The notes under the pieces were generated by a model that did no database searches, had not been told where the DNA came from, and saw only the letters and a list, made by a program, of their open reading frames with translations. A stretch of DNA of 64,000 nucleotides, from the NCBI GenBank assembly GCA_008369845.1, contig MRSU01000808.1:1-64000 (forward strand). The letters are read 5' to 3'. Shown one piece after another: positions 45,101 to 53,467 of the stretch (within the stretch, counting starts at the first letter, position 1; each line of letters opens with the position of its first letter). Made by a program: the position numbers and the translations under genes. This stretch comes from Trichomonas gallinae (lineage: Eukaryota).

Positions 45101-46796
45101 TTTCTTATTTGCCATGGCAACAAGATTATATAACCTTTGCCTTGCAAAATATGATGATTTATTCATGGATACGATTCTAGATGTTGACAAAGAAATATCA
45201 GAAATAGAACAATATGCTGAACTTGAATTAGTTTATTTCAATTCGATTTTGATTGGATCAGAAGGAAACAAAGATGTTCCATTCAAAGGAATGACGAAAT
45301 ATCTCATAGAAACAGAAAGCATCATCATCTGCAGTGATCCATTAGAACCACCGCCAGAGTTGCCACAATCAACAAGATGCTTCAGTGCTTCTCAACAATT
45401 ATACATTGCCGTTTGCTATTATAAGCGATTTGCAGCACATATGAGAGAGGGAATCTTCCCACTTCCTTGGGGATTCAATGTCAACAATGTTTTCCAAATT
45501 GGTCCACTTGAACTTCAGGAAGCTTTCTTCTCAAGAGCAGGCCGAGATTTGGTTCCATACATGGAGAGCGAAATTCTTAATCAAGGAAAGAAACTTGTCA
45601 AATATTCGTTGGTTTTTGGAGCACTCATTACAGTTTTGGTTTGCATCATATTGATGATTATCAAGCAAGAAGACGTTTTGATTAAATTCACAATTCATCA
45701 ATTGATGAGATGCCAGCCACATGATATTCTATCGAATGTTCACATCATGGAAATGTTATATGGAAAATACAAATCCAAAGATGATGGTTCAAGCTCAGGA
45801 AAATTCGCTCAATTTGCAAATGAAGTCATCAACAAACTCAATGATATTTTCATCATTTGTGAAGAAGAAACAGGAAACATTGTCCAAGTCAATGCAACAT
45901 TCGTAAAGACATTTGAAATCAGCGATGAACAGATTCTTTCAACAAATATCAGAAATTTCTTCGTTCCTGAAAGATTCGAATGCGAAACACCACTTGACAG
46001 AGTATATCAGAAGCCAACAATGATGATTTATACTAATTCGAATGGAGAAAAAGCTTGGATTGAGTTTTCAACGAATTCAGTCAATAGAAACAGAATTATT
46101 ACAGGAAAAGATCAAACACAAAACATTATCCACGAGAAACTTATGAAAGACGAAAAGAGAAAGAGCGACAAAATGCTTTCATCGATTCTACCACCAACAC
46201 TTGTTCCTCGTGTTCAAGCTGGTGAAAAGAACATCTCATTCTCTGTTCAAAGTGTTACTGTTCTTTTCTTGGATATAGTAGAATTCACTCCATGGTGTGG
46301 CTCTCACGAAGCAAACTATGTCATGAGAATGCTCAATATTTTATTCAAAGAATTCGATGAAATCAACAATCAGCACAGAACAATGACGAAAATCAAATGT
46401 ATTGGTGACTGTTATATGACTGCTGGTGGCATCTTCGATGAAGTTAATCAGCCTGCTGTTCATGCAAAAGAAGTTGTTGACTTCGGATGCATGGTTATCA
46501 ATAAATTGCTCGATATAAACAGTCAAGAAAATGAGAAACTTAGAATTCGCGTCGGTGTTAATACAGGAGGTCCAATTGTTGCTGGTGTCATTGGAACAGA
46601 GAAGCCAACATTCGAAATTCTTGGCCCAGCAATAAACATTGCACACGAGATGGAGCATCATGGCGTTCCAATGAAAGTCCACATTTCTCGCCCAGTTTAC
46701 GAACTGATATATGGACAAAGTTTTGACATCAAAGAACGTGGTGAGATTGATGTCAAAGGTGGAAAAATGTTTACTTATCTTGTAGAGCCAAAGTAA
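42165..46796 (+). CDS. Transmembrane adenylyl cyclase (class III cyclase, TMAC family)
   Basis: Multiple TM segments, a PAS-like segment, and the catalytic domain LFLDIVEFT, KIKCIGDCYM, RIRVGVNTGGPIVAGVIG, VKGGKMFTY. Confidence 0.95.
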   Translation: MQEKPSSGSSSAGDNVGMPSKLEELVDIPISHKTAHALVELFNYFDIHSPRFKIVFQIITIFRFFQLIGCSLLTTKKVIFQPGTLTYQTMSIISIFFHLIPIQYREGNEKIILIAIDVLLIVFGIYLLITAFNYKSTSKVSRISIIILSNFIAIGPFLILPIAAQYTGQMLSPIIANKQFKLTESLLAAVTLLVCLFYIWVMIKTFTTTIIFRASSFQTLEGSPQNKIFIITIVNTLLCALATDFGSYLTVGITACCLILYAFGISTLFNCGTFIKNIDQILVLGGCILGIIISVSNVYPSMKIEFIYKEWFFVGFVLAAIVSFALAYLIIHLRIKADLRLLDEIESSQDITIIKSKGKLKQLIITGFNYCHQICIDFSIFKMAINYWKDEVDVWAAYAKFVAIYTESSNTLSFIIKHVSTIKKNAHMVKLLEIYVTNIINTRETQLTRPLRVKINKITKQFIKAKNRLRNIWDLILQGSTNDMGPAIKNAYESVKECETDVLYLIMLYPNNRFALKQYSRFLYEIESNILAYEKTVNDIKKLQRGYRICADTVHDLGYEAFPNLPDAIQEIDDVTKTVGDGESGFLVDEEDIDYKQYETISRLINEHKIPAIKYMYMTTILSFIFLFLIPIIVICIVFYTFEDMLVEPLSYMKGIANIRDIVNAIPCFTVRALFEELEDPKSPGNNIIGPLTMVEGFPCTAFGGVYAARKIIEYYAKNVGDINNLVSGLRSYRVGNNHIEKVRDLLFKNILNYYRFQTKDDFITTKISSVDVSYFLASSVGRLLEFPRFNAEIAKGPESLTVRNNNVLITQALSQAMSLIVEFIGDEYDFYQILFWVLFGVLAGLSAIFFPVVYFLQTRKLAKNKEAIIAAIAELPKTVISNISQSFNKVKGSTEENSRTNNLQESEINRQEESIIKLFSTITDGVHTSSNNILLLCFLAIIGLSVGCFWLAVQCYFDAAEIEHTNCHHINYLYGGATFLFAMATRLYNLCLAKYDDLFMDTILDVDKEISEIEQYAELELVYFNSILIGSEGNKDVPFKGMTKYLIETESIIICSDPLEPPPELPQSTRCFSASQQLYIAVCYYKRFAAHMREGIFPLPWGFNVNNVFQIGPLELQEAFFSRAGRDLVPYMESEILNQGKKLVKYSLVFGALITVLVCIILMIIKQEDVLIKFTIHQLMRCQPHDILSNVHIMEMLYGKYKSKDDGSSSGKFAQFANEVINKLNDIFIICEEETGNIVQVNATFVKTFEISDEQILSTNIRNFFVPERFECETPLDRVYQKPTMMIYTNSNGEKAWIEFSTNSVNRNRIITGKDQTQNIIHEKLMKDEKRKSDKMLSSILPPTLVPRVQAGEKNISFSVQSVTVLFLDIVEFTPWCGSHEANYVMRMLNILFKEFDEINNQHRTMTKIKCIGDCYMTAGGIFDEVNQPAVHAKEVVDFGCMVINKLLDINSQENEKLRIRVGVNTGGPIVAGVIGTEKPTFEILGPAINIAHEMEHHGVPMKVHISRPVYELIYGQSFDIKERGEIDVKGGKMFTYLVEPK

Positions 46797-46861
46797 TTAC
46801 AATATTATTTGTCTATTTTTATTAAATAATTTTGTATATATAATTGAATCTCATTCTATGG

Positions 46862-46931
46862 TTGCAGGTTCCCCCCTAATTATCATTTCCAAAAGTGACG
46901 AAATTGACTAAATAAAGGGGAGACCCTGCAA
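46862..46931. repeat. 70-bp element with GC-rich 16-bp inverted ends
   Basis: TTGCAGGTTCCCCCCT ... AGGGGAGACCCTGCAA (14/16 complementary), with AAAGTGAC in the loop. Confidence 0.75.
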
Positions 46932-46979
46932 TAAATGAATTAAATTTTTTTATTGCGATTTTAGCGATTAAATATTTAG

Positions 46980-47936
46980 AATGATACAAAAATCATCGAC
47001 AAATCACTACACAGAGATGCATGGAGCGATTATTATCAATCAACACCAATCAATTTCCAACAAAACAACAATTCATATCCTGTTAACTTCAACAAAGACC
47101 AGAAATATTACATAAACTACTGTATATTTCAATTTTTTAATGATCGAGCTGTTTATATCAAATCAGGATCTAATTCTAAAACTTTAATTTCATCTTCGAA
47201 ATTTTCATACATCAACGGCACCGCCAAAACGGGAAATGTAATTTATATACTTGATGGATCCATCATTTTTGATAAAATATGTGGATCCAAATTTGAAATG
47301 ACTGGAACTTATAATGGTCTTTTTTCATTCACATTTAGTACACAAGGCCAATCATACCTTCATTACATCAATCAGAGCAGTATATGTAATGGAGGCACGC
47401 TTTCATTCGGAGACTCAATCTTAAATTTTGTTTCTGGAAAACAAACATATGAATCTAATAACTTTAGCTATAATATATGTCGTCGTGAACCATTCCAACC
47501 AGAACAAGATTCTGGTTACACATTGAATTTGAAAAATTCTAACTTCATAAACATTTCTACAAATAATGAAGGGACATTTATGCCAGGAAACTTTGTTTTC
47601 ATGAACTGCAATATTCACAAATTCCTTTGTTTGACCGGAATGGTTCTGTTCGATGATTATTCATCTCTTTCATTTGAACATTGCTATATCATTGATAATC
47701 AAAATCCAAACACATTTGCAAAAGATGGTGTAACAATGTCTTATTGCTCATACAACGGTGAAACGAAATATGTTACACAAAATTACCCACAAAACAACTT
47801 TATTCTGAACGAAAAACTATATCACCCAATACCATGCATATATAACGTTGTTGTATGTGCCCCAGCGAAATGTTCACAATCCACACATTATTTATGTTTT
47901 CATTTTTTAATGATAAACAATTTAATTGACACGTAA
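46980..47936 (+). CDS. Beta-helix-like family frame lacking an in-frame start ATG (distant paralog of 18053-19060)
   Basis: 318 open codons: ...DAWSDYYQS...YYINYCIF...TLISSSKF...FDKICGSKFE-MTG...C...LCFHFLMINNLIDT. The first in-frame ATG is at 47298. The ATG at 47017, 13 nt after TCACT, is out of frame. Confidence 0.7.
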   Translation, partial: NDTKIIDKSLHRDAWSDYYQSTPINFQQNNNSYPVNFNKDQKYYINYCIFQFFNDRAVYIKSGSNSKTLISSSKFSYINGTAKTGNVIYILDGSIIFDKICGSKFEMTGTYNGLFSFTFSTQGQSYLHYINQSSICNGGTLSFGDSILNFVSGKQTYESNNFSYNICRREPFQPEQDSGYTLNLKNSNFINISTNNEGTFMPGNFVFMNCNIHKFLCLTGMVLFDDYSSLSFEHCYIIDNQNPNTFAKDGVTMSYCSYNGETKYVTQNYPQNNFILNEKLYHPIPCIYNVVVCAPAKCSQSTHYLCFHFLMINNLIDT

Positions 47937-48078
47937 ATATTCAATAACTGACATGTAAATTAATAATATGACACATTATACATAAATTATTGACACGTAA
48001 ATAATCAACAATTGAAATGTAAAAATATATAATTGTCACGTAAATCATTGACATGTAAATTGTTATTTGACATGTAAA
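47927..48078 (+). repeat. Array of about 8 TG(A/T)CA(C/T)GTAAA-like motifs upstream of the aldo-keto reductase
   Basis: Copies start at 47927, 47949, 47969 (degenerate), 47991, 48013 (one mismatch), 48034, 48049 and 48068. Confidence 0.85.
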
Positions 48079-48106
48079 AACAACTATCAGGTTTGTGTTA
48101 ATCCGC

Positions 48107-49341
48107 TGCTTGTAAATATTTTACATGACAAAAATATTTAAATTCAATTAATATGGAAACAATTCCAAGACTTGGCCTAGGAACATATCTTGCTAAAGAG
48201 CCAGCTAAATTAAAAGCTGCAATTCATTGTGCTATTGAAGAATGCGGCTATAGACATATCGATTGCGCTACTTATTATAAGAATCAAGAAATAATTGGAG
48301 AAGCACTTGAAGAAGTTTTAGCAAACGGTAAAGTTAAGCGCGAAGAGTTATGGATTACATCTAAAATTTGGAATACAAAGCATCGCCCAGATTTATTGAT
48401 CAAAGATGTCCAAAATACATTGAAACAGCTTAGATTAGACTACTTAGATTTACTCTTAATTCACTGGCCAATCAGTTTCCAGTCTCGTGAAGATGATGAA
48501 TTCATGCCAAAGGATGAAAATGGAAAGATTATTCTTGAACAGATTGATATTGTCGAAACATGGCGTGGAATGGAGCAGGCCTATGAAATGGGCCTTGCAA
48601 AGCACATTGGTGTCTCCAATTTCTCGATTGAGCATATCGAAAGAATCAGATATGATCCAGACGTTAAATATCAACCATATTGCAATCAAGTTGAGGCCCA
48701 TCTTTACATGCAGCAAACACCAATGGTCGAATACTTAACACAGAGAAAAATGTACATGATTTGCTACACATGCTTAGGAAGAGCAACGCTTCCAGGCCCA
48801 TTTGGATATCCACTGCTTCAGGATCCAGTTTTATGCCAAATTGCAGAAGAATTAGGAAAAACTCCAGCACAAATAGATTTGAAATTCCTTCACCAGTTGT
48901 CTCCATATGTTGTTCCAATTCCAATGTCAATGAACCCAGTAAATCTCAAAGGAAATATTTCACTCGATTTCGAACTTTCAGAGAAACACATGGAAATGCT
49001 TCGTGAAAGACAGCGCGGCTGGAGATTCGTCGATCCAATGAGAAATTGGAAGGTAGACGCATTATTCCTCGGACATAATCATTGCTAAATTATTTTAAAG
49101 TACTATCAATAAAAATTCTGATTTTTAAACGCAAGGATAATTTCTATGTCGAACAAATGAAAAAATAAACATTAAAAATATCGAATTTCATAAATATTTA
49201 TCTTACTATATCTATGTTTGCTTGACTTGATTTCTGTACTTTGCATATATCTATGTTTTCATAATAAAATACGCAAGAATTATTAATGATATTAATGTCA
49301 TGTAAATTCTTAATTTTGTCATGTAAAATAGTTTACAAGCA
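48107..49341. repeat. 27-bp inverted repeats flanking the aldo-keto reductase gene
   Basis: TGCTTGTAAATATTTTACATGACAAAA (48107-48133) and TTTTGTCATGTAAAATAGTTTACAAGCA (49314-49341) differ by one indel. Confidence 0.85.
48153..49088 (+). CDS. Aldo/keto reductase family oxidoreductase
   Basis: LGLGT, GYRHIDCATYY, ITSKIW, LDYLDLLLIHWP, IGVSNF and NQVE; catalytic D/Y/K/H tetrad present. Confidence 0.95.
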   Translation: METIPRLGLGTYLAKEPAKLKAAIHCAIEECGYRHIDCATYYKNQEIIGEALEEVLANGKVKREELWITSKIWNTKHRPDLLIKDVQNTLKQLRLDYLDLLLIHWPISFQSREDDEFMPKDENGKIILEQIDIVETWRGMEQAYEMGLAKHIGVSNFSIEHIERIRYDPDVKYQPYCNQVEAHLYMQQTPMVEYLTQRKMYMICYTCLGRATLPGPFGYPLLQDPVLCQIAEELGKTPAQIDLKFLHQLSPYVVPIPMSMNPVNLKGNISLDFELSEKHMEMLRERQRGWRFVDPMRNWKVDALFLGHNHC

Positions 49342-49586
49342 TATTGATAAAACTCCAAATCTCACAGATGAAAATCTTAGTAAACTAAACATTATACTTA
49401 TATACATATAATGATTCTATGGTATAAGTATAAAAGCTCAAGCTTCGTTAGAAAGTTTATTATTAATAAATTTAATATTATTTTGATGCTGTTCAATCAA
49501 ACTATAGATAAACAGCTCTATTATGATAAAATAATTTTCTTTACATTTTTTTTGTAAATTCGTTAGAAAAAATAAAATAGAAAAAA

Positions 49587-52271
49587 ATGGACACAAAGTT
49601 GCAATTGGAAGAAATTACTGGTAAAATCAATACAACGACATCCAAAATCCTTGCAACTCTTGATTCATTGGATGCAAATCTTGCGAATAAAACATATGAG
49701 ATTCCTGCAGAAGAAGAACTCAACAAAATTCGGTCAAATTTCGAAGATTTACAACTATCAAACAAAGAAGGTGCGCTAAAAGAACTCGGAAATTGGATGA
49801 AAATGCGAAAAATTCATTATCACGATGATGATCAAGAATTCATTAAAATTATCGAAAATTCTCATCGTTCTTTCGCAGATTCATTAACTCCTACGCTTCA
49901 AGGTTTGTTTAAAGAAATGAATTCTTATGAAGGAAAATTACATCAAGCTTTAGACGACGTTAACGCTTTAAGTCTTAAACTATTCGAGTTTTACGAGGCA
50001 ACACATAGCCATGAAACTGAAGATATTAAGTTTCCAGATTTGGTTTTGGCTGATAAAGCAGTTGAAGGACAATTATCATCATATTCACGCGAAACTCTCA
50101 TAGAACAACTAGGAATGATGCAAAAAAGAGAAAAATTCTTCTTAGAAATTTTAGAATCATTACAATTAACAGTAAAAAAGGTACAAGCGGACTTGGAAAC
50201 AGCTATAGCCAGAGAGAAGGAGATAAACAATGCATTGGTAGCAACACAGGCCAGTTTAGACAAAATGACGGAGAAATCTCTCGAATTAGAAAAAACAGTT
50301 AATATATATCAGAAACAAGAAGAAGAAAGAATAGCAGCACTTACAAGACTCGCTATTAAAGACCATGAACATTTCATAGTGGGTCAGGTTTTCAAATTCC
50401 CTGAGATTTCAATCTGCGAAGAAATTAATACATTCGAGATTCCATTTGAAGAGATCGAACATGCATATGAAACAAAGATTGAGGAAATATTTACATTTGC
50501 AACTGAAAGACAAGAAAATGAAGCACAAACAGATAAAATCGAAATTCTTGATCCAAACTCAGTCGAATACAACAATTATCAGATGTATTTAGAAAATAAA
50601 AACAATTCGACTGTTTCAAGAAATTATCCAACAAATACACAGCGCGGAATTATTGATCCAGAAGATGAAGAAGAACCACAAACACAACAATCATCATCAG
50701 ATAATAATAGCAAACATCAAAATTCGCAAATCATGCCAAGCTCTTCATCAGGCAGCAATAATTTGAGATTGCAGAAAAATAACAATACAAATTCAAACAA
50801 AGGCAGACAAAGACTAGAACCAGTTAAAACAAACAGCAACCATCCACCACCTCGTCAAAAACAAGTCAGTCAGCAAAGTTCGAAATCAAGTATTAGATTA
50901 ACACCACAGAGCTCGAAATCAAGCATCAAACTCAACCAATCAAACTCAAAGGGAAACATCAGATTAACTCCACAAAGCTCAAAATCCAGCGTTCGCTTAA
51001 GTCCATCGAATTCGAAATCAAGTATCCATATGGATCTAGAACAACAACAAGTTGATAGTCCACTAGCATACGAAATGCACAATGATGAAGAAAAATATTA
51101 CGAAGAACAGTATAATGAAAATTATAATGAAAATGAAGAAAACTATCACGAAAATACTGAAGAAGAGAATTATAATGAAAATGAAGAAATTTATCACGAA
51201 AATAATGAAGAAAATTATAACAATGTTGTTGAATTTCATGTTGAAACAACTGAAGATGTTGGTGATGCTGGACGTCCATTAATTCAATATTCTCACGTAT
51301 CTAGTGAATCTCCAACTGGAGAAAAGATCTATACAACAATTTGCAACTCGCATTTCGTTGAATTACATATTCCTGTTGTATCTGAGCCAGATTATTATCC
51401 AGATGGTCCAAGATCAGCGAGAAGAACAAGAAGATCAAGCGCATATCAATCATCTGGCAATCCTTCAAGAAATACATCAGCTGTTTCTTCTAAGAACAAC
51501 ATTATTTTAGAAGATATAATGGAAGAAAATTCATTCGAAAACATATCTCCTGTTCCACCAAACGTTACCAAGAAATTGGGCTACGACAGACTAAGAAATA
51601 ACAACAGTAATAATCATGGTGTTTATGATGAATACACAACAGATAACTCATTCGCATCATCAGAAGCAAGTTTGGAGTCGCAAAGATATGTTCAGAGTCA
51701 ACAAGATTTGATTAAAATCCACAAAGATGATGTTGTTGTTGAGCCAAGATCATTCGAGGCTGAAGATGTCCACGAAGCTCTTAAGTACAACCAAGAAGTC
51801 GAAGAAATCGACTCTCATAGACCACAAACAATGAGACAGCCATTAGGAAGGCCACTCGTTAGATATGGCTATGAAGTCAAAAGCGATCAATCAACAGAAG
51901 AAGGACAAAACGGTGAACAAAGACCAGTGAAAGTCGTCAGGAGCCCAATCATGGACTACTGGAGACGCCAGCAGACAAGCAAGTGGACAGTCGGAAGACC
52001 TTACTACTCAGCTGCATTCAGAGCAAGAATGGCACGAATTGCAGCAATGAGAAGTGGATACACAGGAAGATCAAGCTTCCACTTCAATGTTGTCTCATTC
52101 GGAAATACAGGAAAGCAGTCAACAGATCAGCTTCCTAGCCTGAGAAAAGAAGAACCAAGCACGAGGCAAATTAATTTCAATTACGTGAGACCAAGAGTTA
52201 TGGGCTCAGACATGCCAGTAAGAGGATTAAGTCTCATTGTTCAATCAGCAAGAAACATGTCTAGGAAATAA
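49587..52271 (+). CDS. Hypothetical protein: N-terminal coiled coil, low-complexity repeat-rich C-terminal half
   Basis: 894-aa ORF with 11-aa repeats (QSSKSSIRLTP, about 50870-51030) and ENY(N/H)ENEE repeats (about 51100-51220). Confidence 0.8.
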   Translation: MDTKLQLEEITGKINTTTSKILATLDSLDANLANKTYEIPAEEELNKIRSNFEDLQLSNKEGALKELGNWMKMRKIHYHDDDQEFIKIIENSHRSFADSLTPTLQGLFKEMNSYEGKLHQALDDVNALSLKLFEFYEATHSHETEDIKFPDLVLADKAVEGQLSSYSRETLIEQLGMMQKREKFFLEILESLQLTVKKVQADLETAIAREKEINNALVATQASLDKMTEKSLELEKTVNIYQKQEEERIAALTRLAIKDHEHFIVGQVFKFPEISICEEINTFEIPFEEIEHAYETKIEEIFTFATERQENEAQTDKIEILDPNSVEYNNYQMYLENKNNSTVSRNYPTNTQRGIIDPEDEEEPQTQQSSSDNNSKHQNSQIMPSSSSGSNNLRLQKNNNTNSNKGRQRLEPVKTNSNHPPPRQKQVSQQSSKSSIRLTPQSSKSSIKLNQSNSKGNIRLTPQSSKSSVRLSPSNSKSSIHMDLEQQQVDSPLAYEMHNDEEKYYEEQYNENYNENEENYHENTEEENYNENEEIYHENNEENYNNVVEFHVETTEDVGDAGRPLIQYSHVSSESPTGEKIYTTICNSHFVELHIPVVSEPDYYPDGPRSARRTRRSSAYQSSGNPSRNTSAVSSKNNIILEDIMEENSFENISPVPPNVTKKLGYDRLRNNNSNNHGVYDEYTTDNSFASSEASLESQRYVQSQQDLIKIHKDDVVVEPRSFEAEDVHEALKYNQEVEEIDSHRPQTMRQPLGRPLVRYGYEVKSDQSTEEGQNGEQRPVKVVRSPIMDYWRRQQTSKWTVGRPYYSAAFRARMARIAAMRSGYTGRSSFHFNVVSFGNTGKQSTDQLPSLRKEEPSTRQINFNYVRPRVMGSDMPVRGLSLIVQSARNMSRK

Positions 52272-52448
52272 TTTTAATTGTTTTTGTTTTTATTATTATA
52301 AATATGTTTTGATAGCTTTTATACTGTGATTTTTCAATATCAAGCAATATTCTAACATACATATTTCATATTTTAAAATTATCCACTTTCATTGCAATAC
52401 AATTCAACGATAAGAAAAAGAAAAAACAAAGTTTTTATTTTTTGATGC

Positions 52449-53136
52449 ACACTCAACGAAATTCTCGACCAAGACCAGTTGTCTGAGTGTTTGATGCACG
52501 ATATTCATAACATCGACTATTCACTCTACATTCTTGATCATGTTCAGTCTAAATACAAAGTTCCAGACAGATTCAAGGCTGTCCATCATATTTTTACTGC
52601 CTTTGGCGAAGGCGAGAAATTCTATTCTAAGAAGTTGAATTAATCAAATCACTAGGTCGATGCCTGCACCTTGAGATTCTAGATTCTATTGCAGCCATCA
52701 TTGAGTCTGCATTTTCCGAAATCAAACAAAACTCGCATACACAACAAACAAAAACACCACAGACACAAAACCAGACAATAAAAAAAACATTGAAGAATTA
52801 AAAATGATTCCGAATACAAAGGAGAATTTTGATAAAATCTACGAAATTTGCGAAAGAATTGCAACAGAAAACGACGAAGATGCCATGTCATTTGCCGTCA
52901 GTGAGAAATTCGTTTACGCGACAGAAAAATTTGGCCAAAACGTCTTCACCAAAGCAGCAAAAGATAACAAGTTAGAATTGGTTCGTCTTTTGATCGAATC
53001 TGGCATTGACATCAACGCAAAAGACTATTACAAACATACAGCTTTGATGAAAGCTTCAGAAAAAGGTCAATATGAAGTTGTCAAACTCCTTCTCACAGTT
53101 CGTGGAATAGATGTCAACGCAAAAAACAGCTATTGA
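52449..53136 (+). pseudogene. Frameshifted, truncated ankyrin-repeat pseudogene
   Basis: Coding-like frames TLNEILDQDQL...GEKFYS / EVELIKSLGRCLHLEILDSI... / IEELKMIPNTKENFDKIYEI, joined by apparent frameshifts near 52628 and in the A-run at 52780-52787. Two ankyrin repeats follow, then a stop at VNAKNSY. Confidence 0.7.
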
Positions 53137-53293
53137 ATATTTTCAAAAATAACATTGACAATAATTAAATATTCATTAGATGTAACTAATTGGAGCTCTT
53201 CAACGATCATATCAAATCTGCTCTGCCCAAAGAAATATTTCCAGATATTATTATTTGCCCTGTGGCAAGCTATGCTCACTAAATAGTCAATCT

Positions 53294-53467
53294 TAAGGTT
53301 GCAAATTCGGGACCAAATTTTCGGGGGGTGTTTTCGGTTGTGTTTTTCGCCGTGTTTTCGGTTTTTGTAAAAAAAAGCGTCAAGAAAGATAAGATTTTAT
53401 TCTATAAGATGAGTATGATATATGCACTTGCAAATGTTTTAAAAACAAAACAAAAGTTGCAACCTTA
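53294..53467. mobile_element. 174-bp non-autonomous hAT-like MITE
   Basis: Perfect 11-bp TIRs (TAAGGTTGCAA / TTGCAACCTTA), an 8-bp TSD GTCAATCT (53286-53293 and 53468-53475), and three subterminal GTGTTTT(T)CG repeats. Confidence 0.9.

Noticed and set aside
47927..48078. CRISPR-like interpretation of the repeat array
   Set aside because: Repeats are 11 bp with spacers of about 10 bp, the context is eukaryotic, and there are no cas genes.
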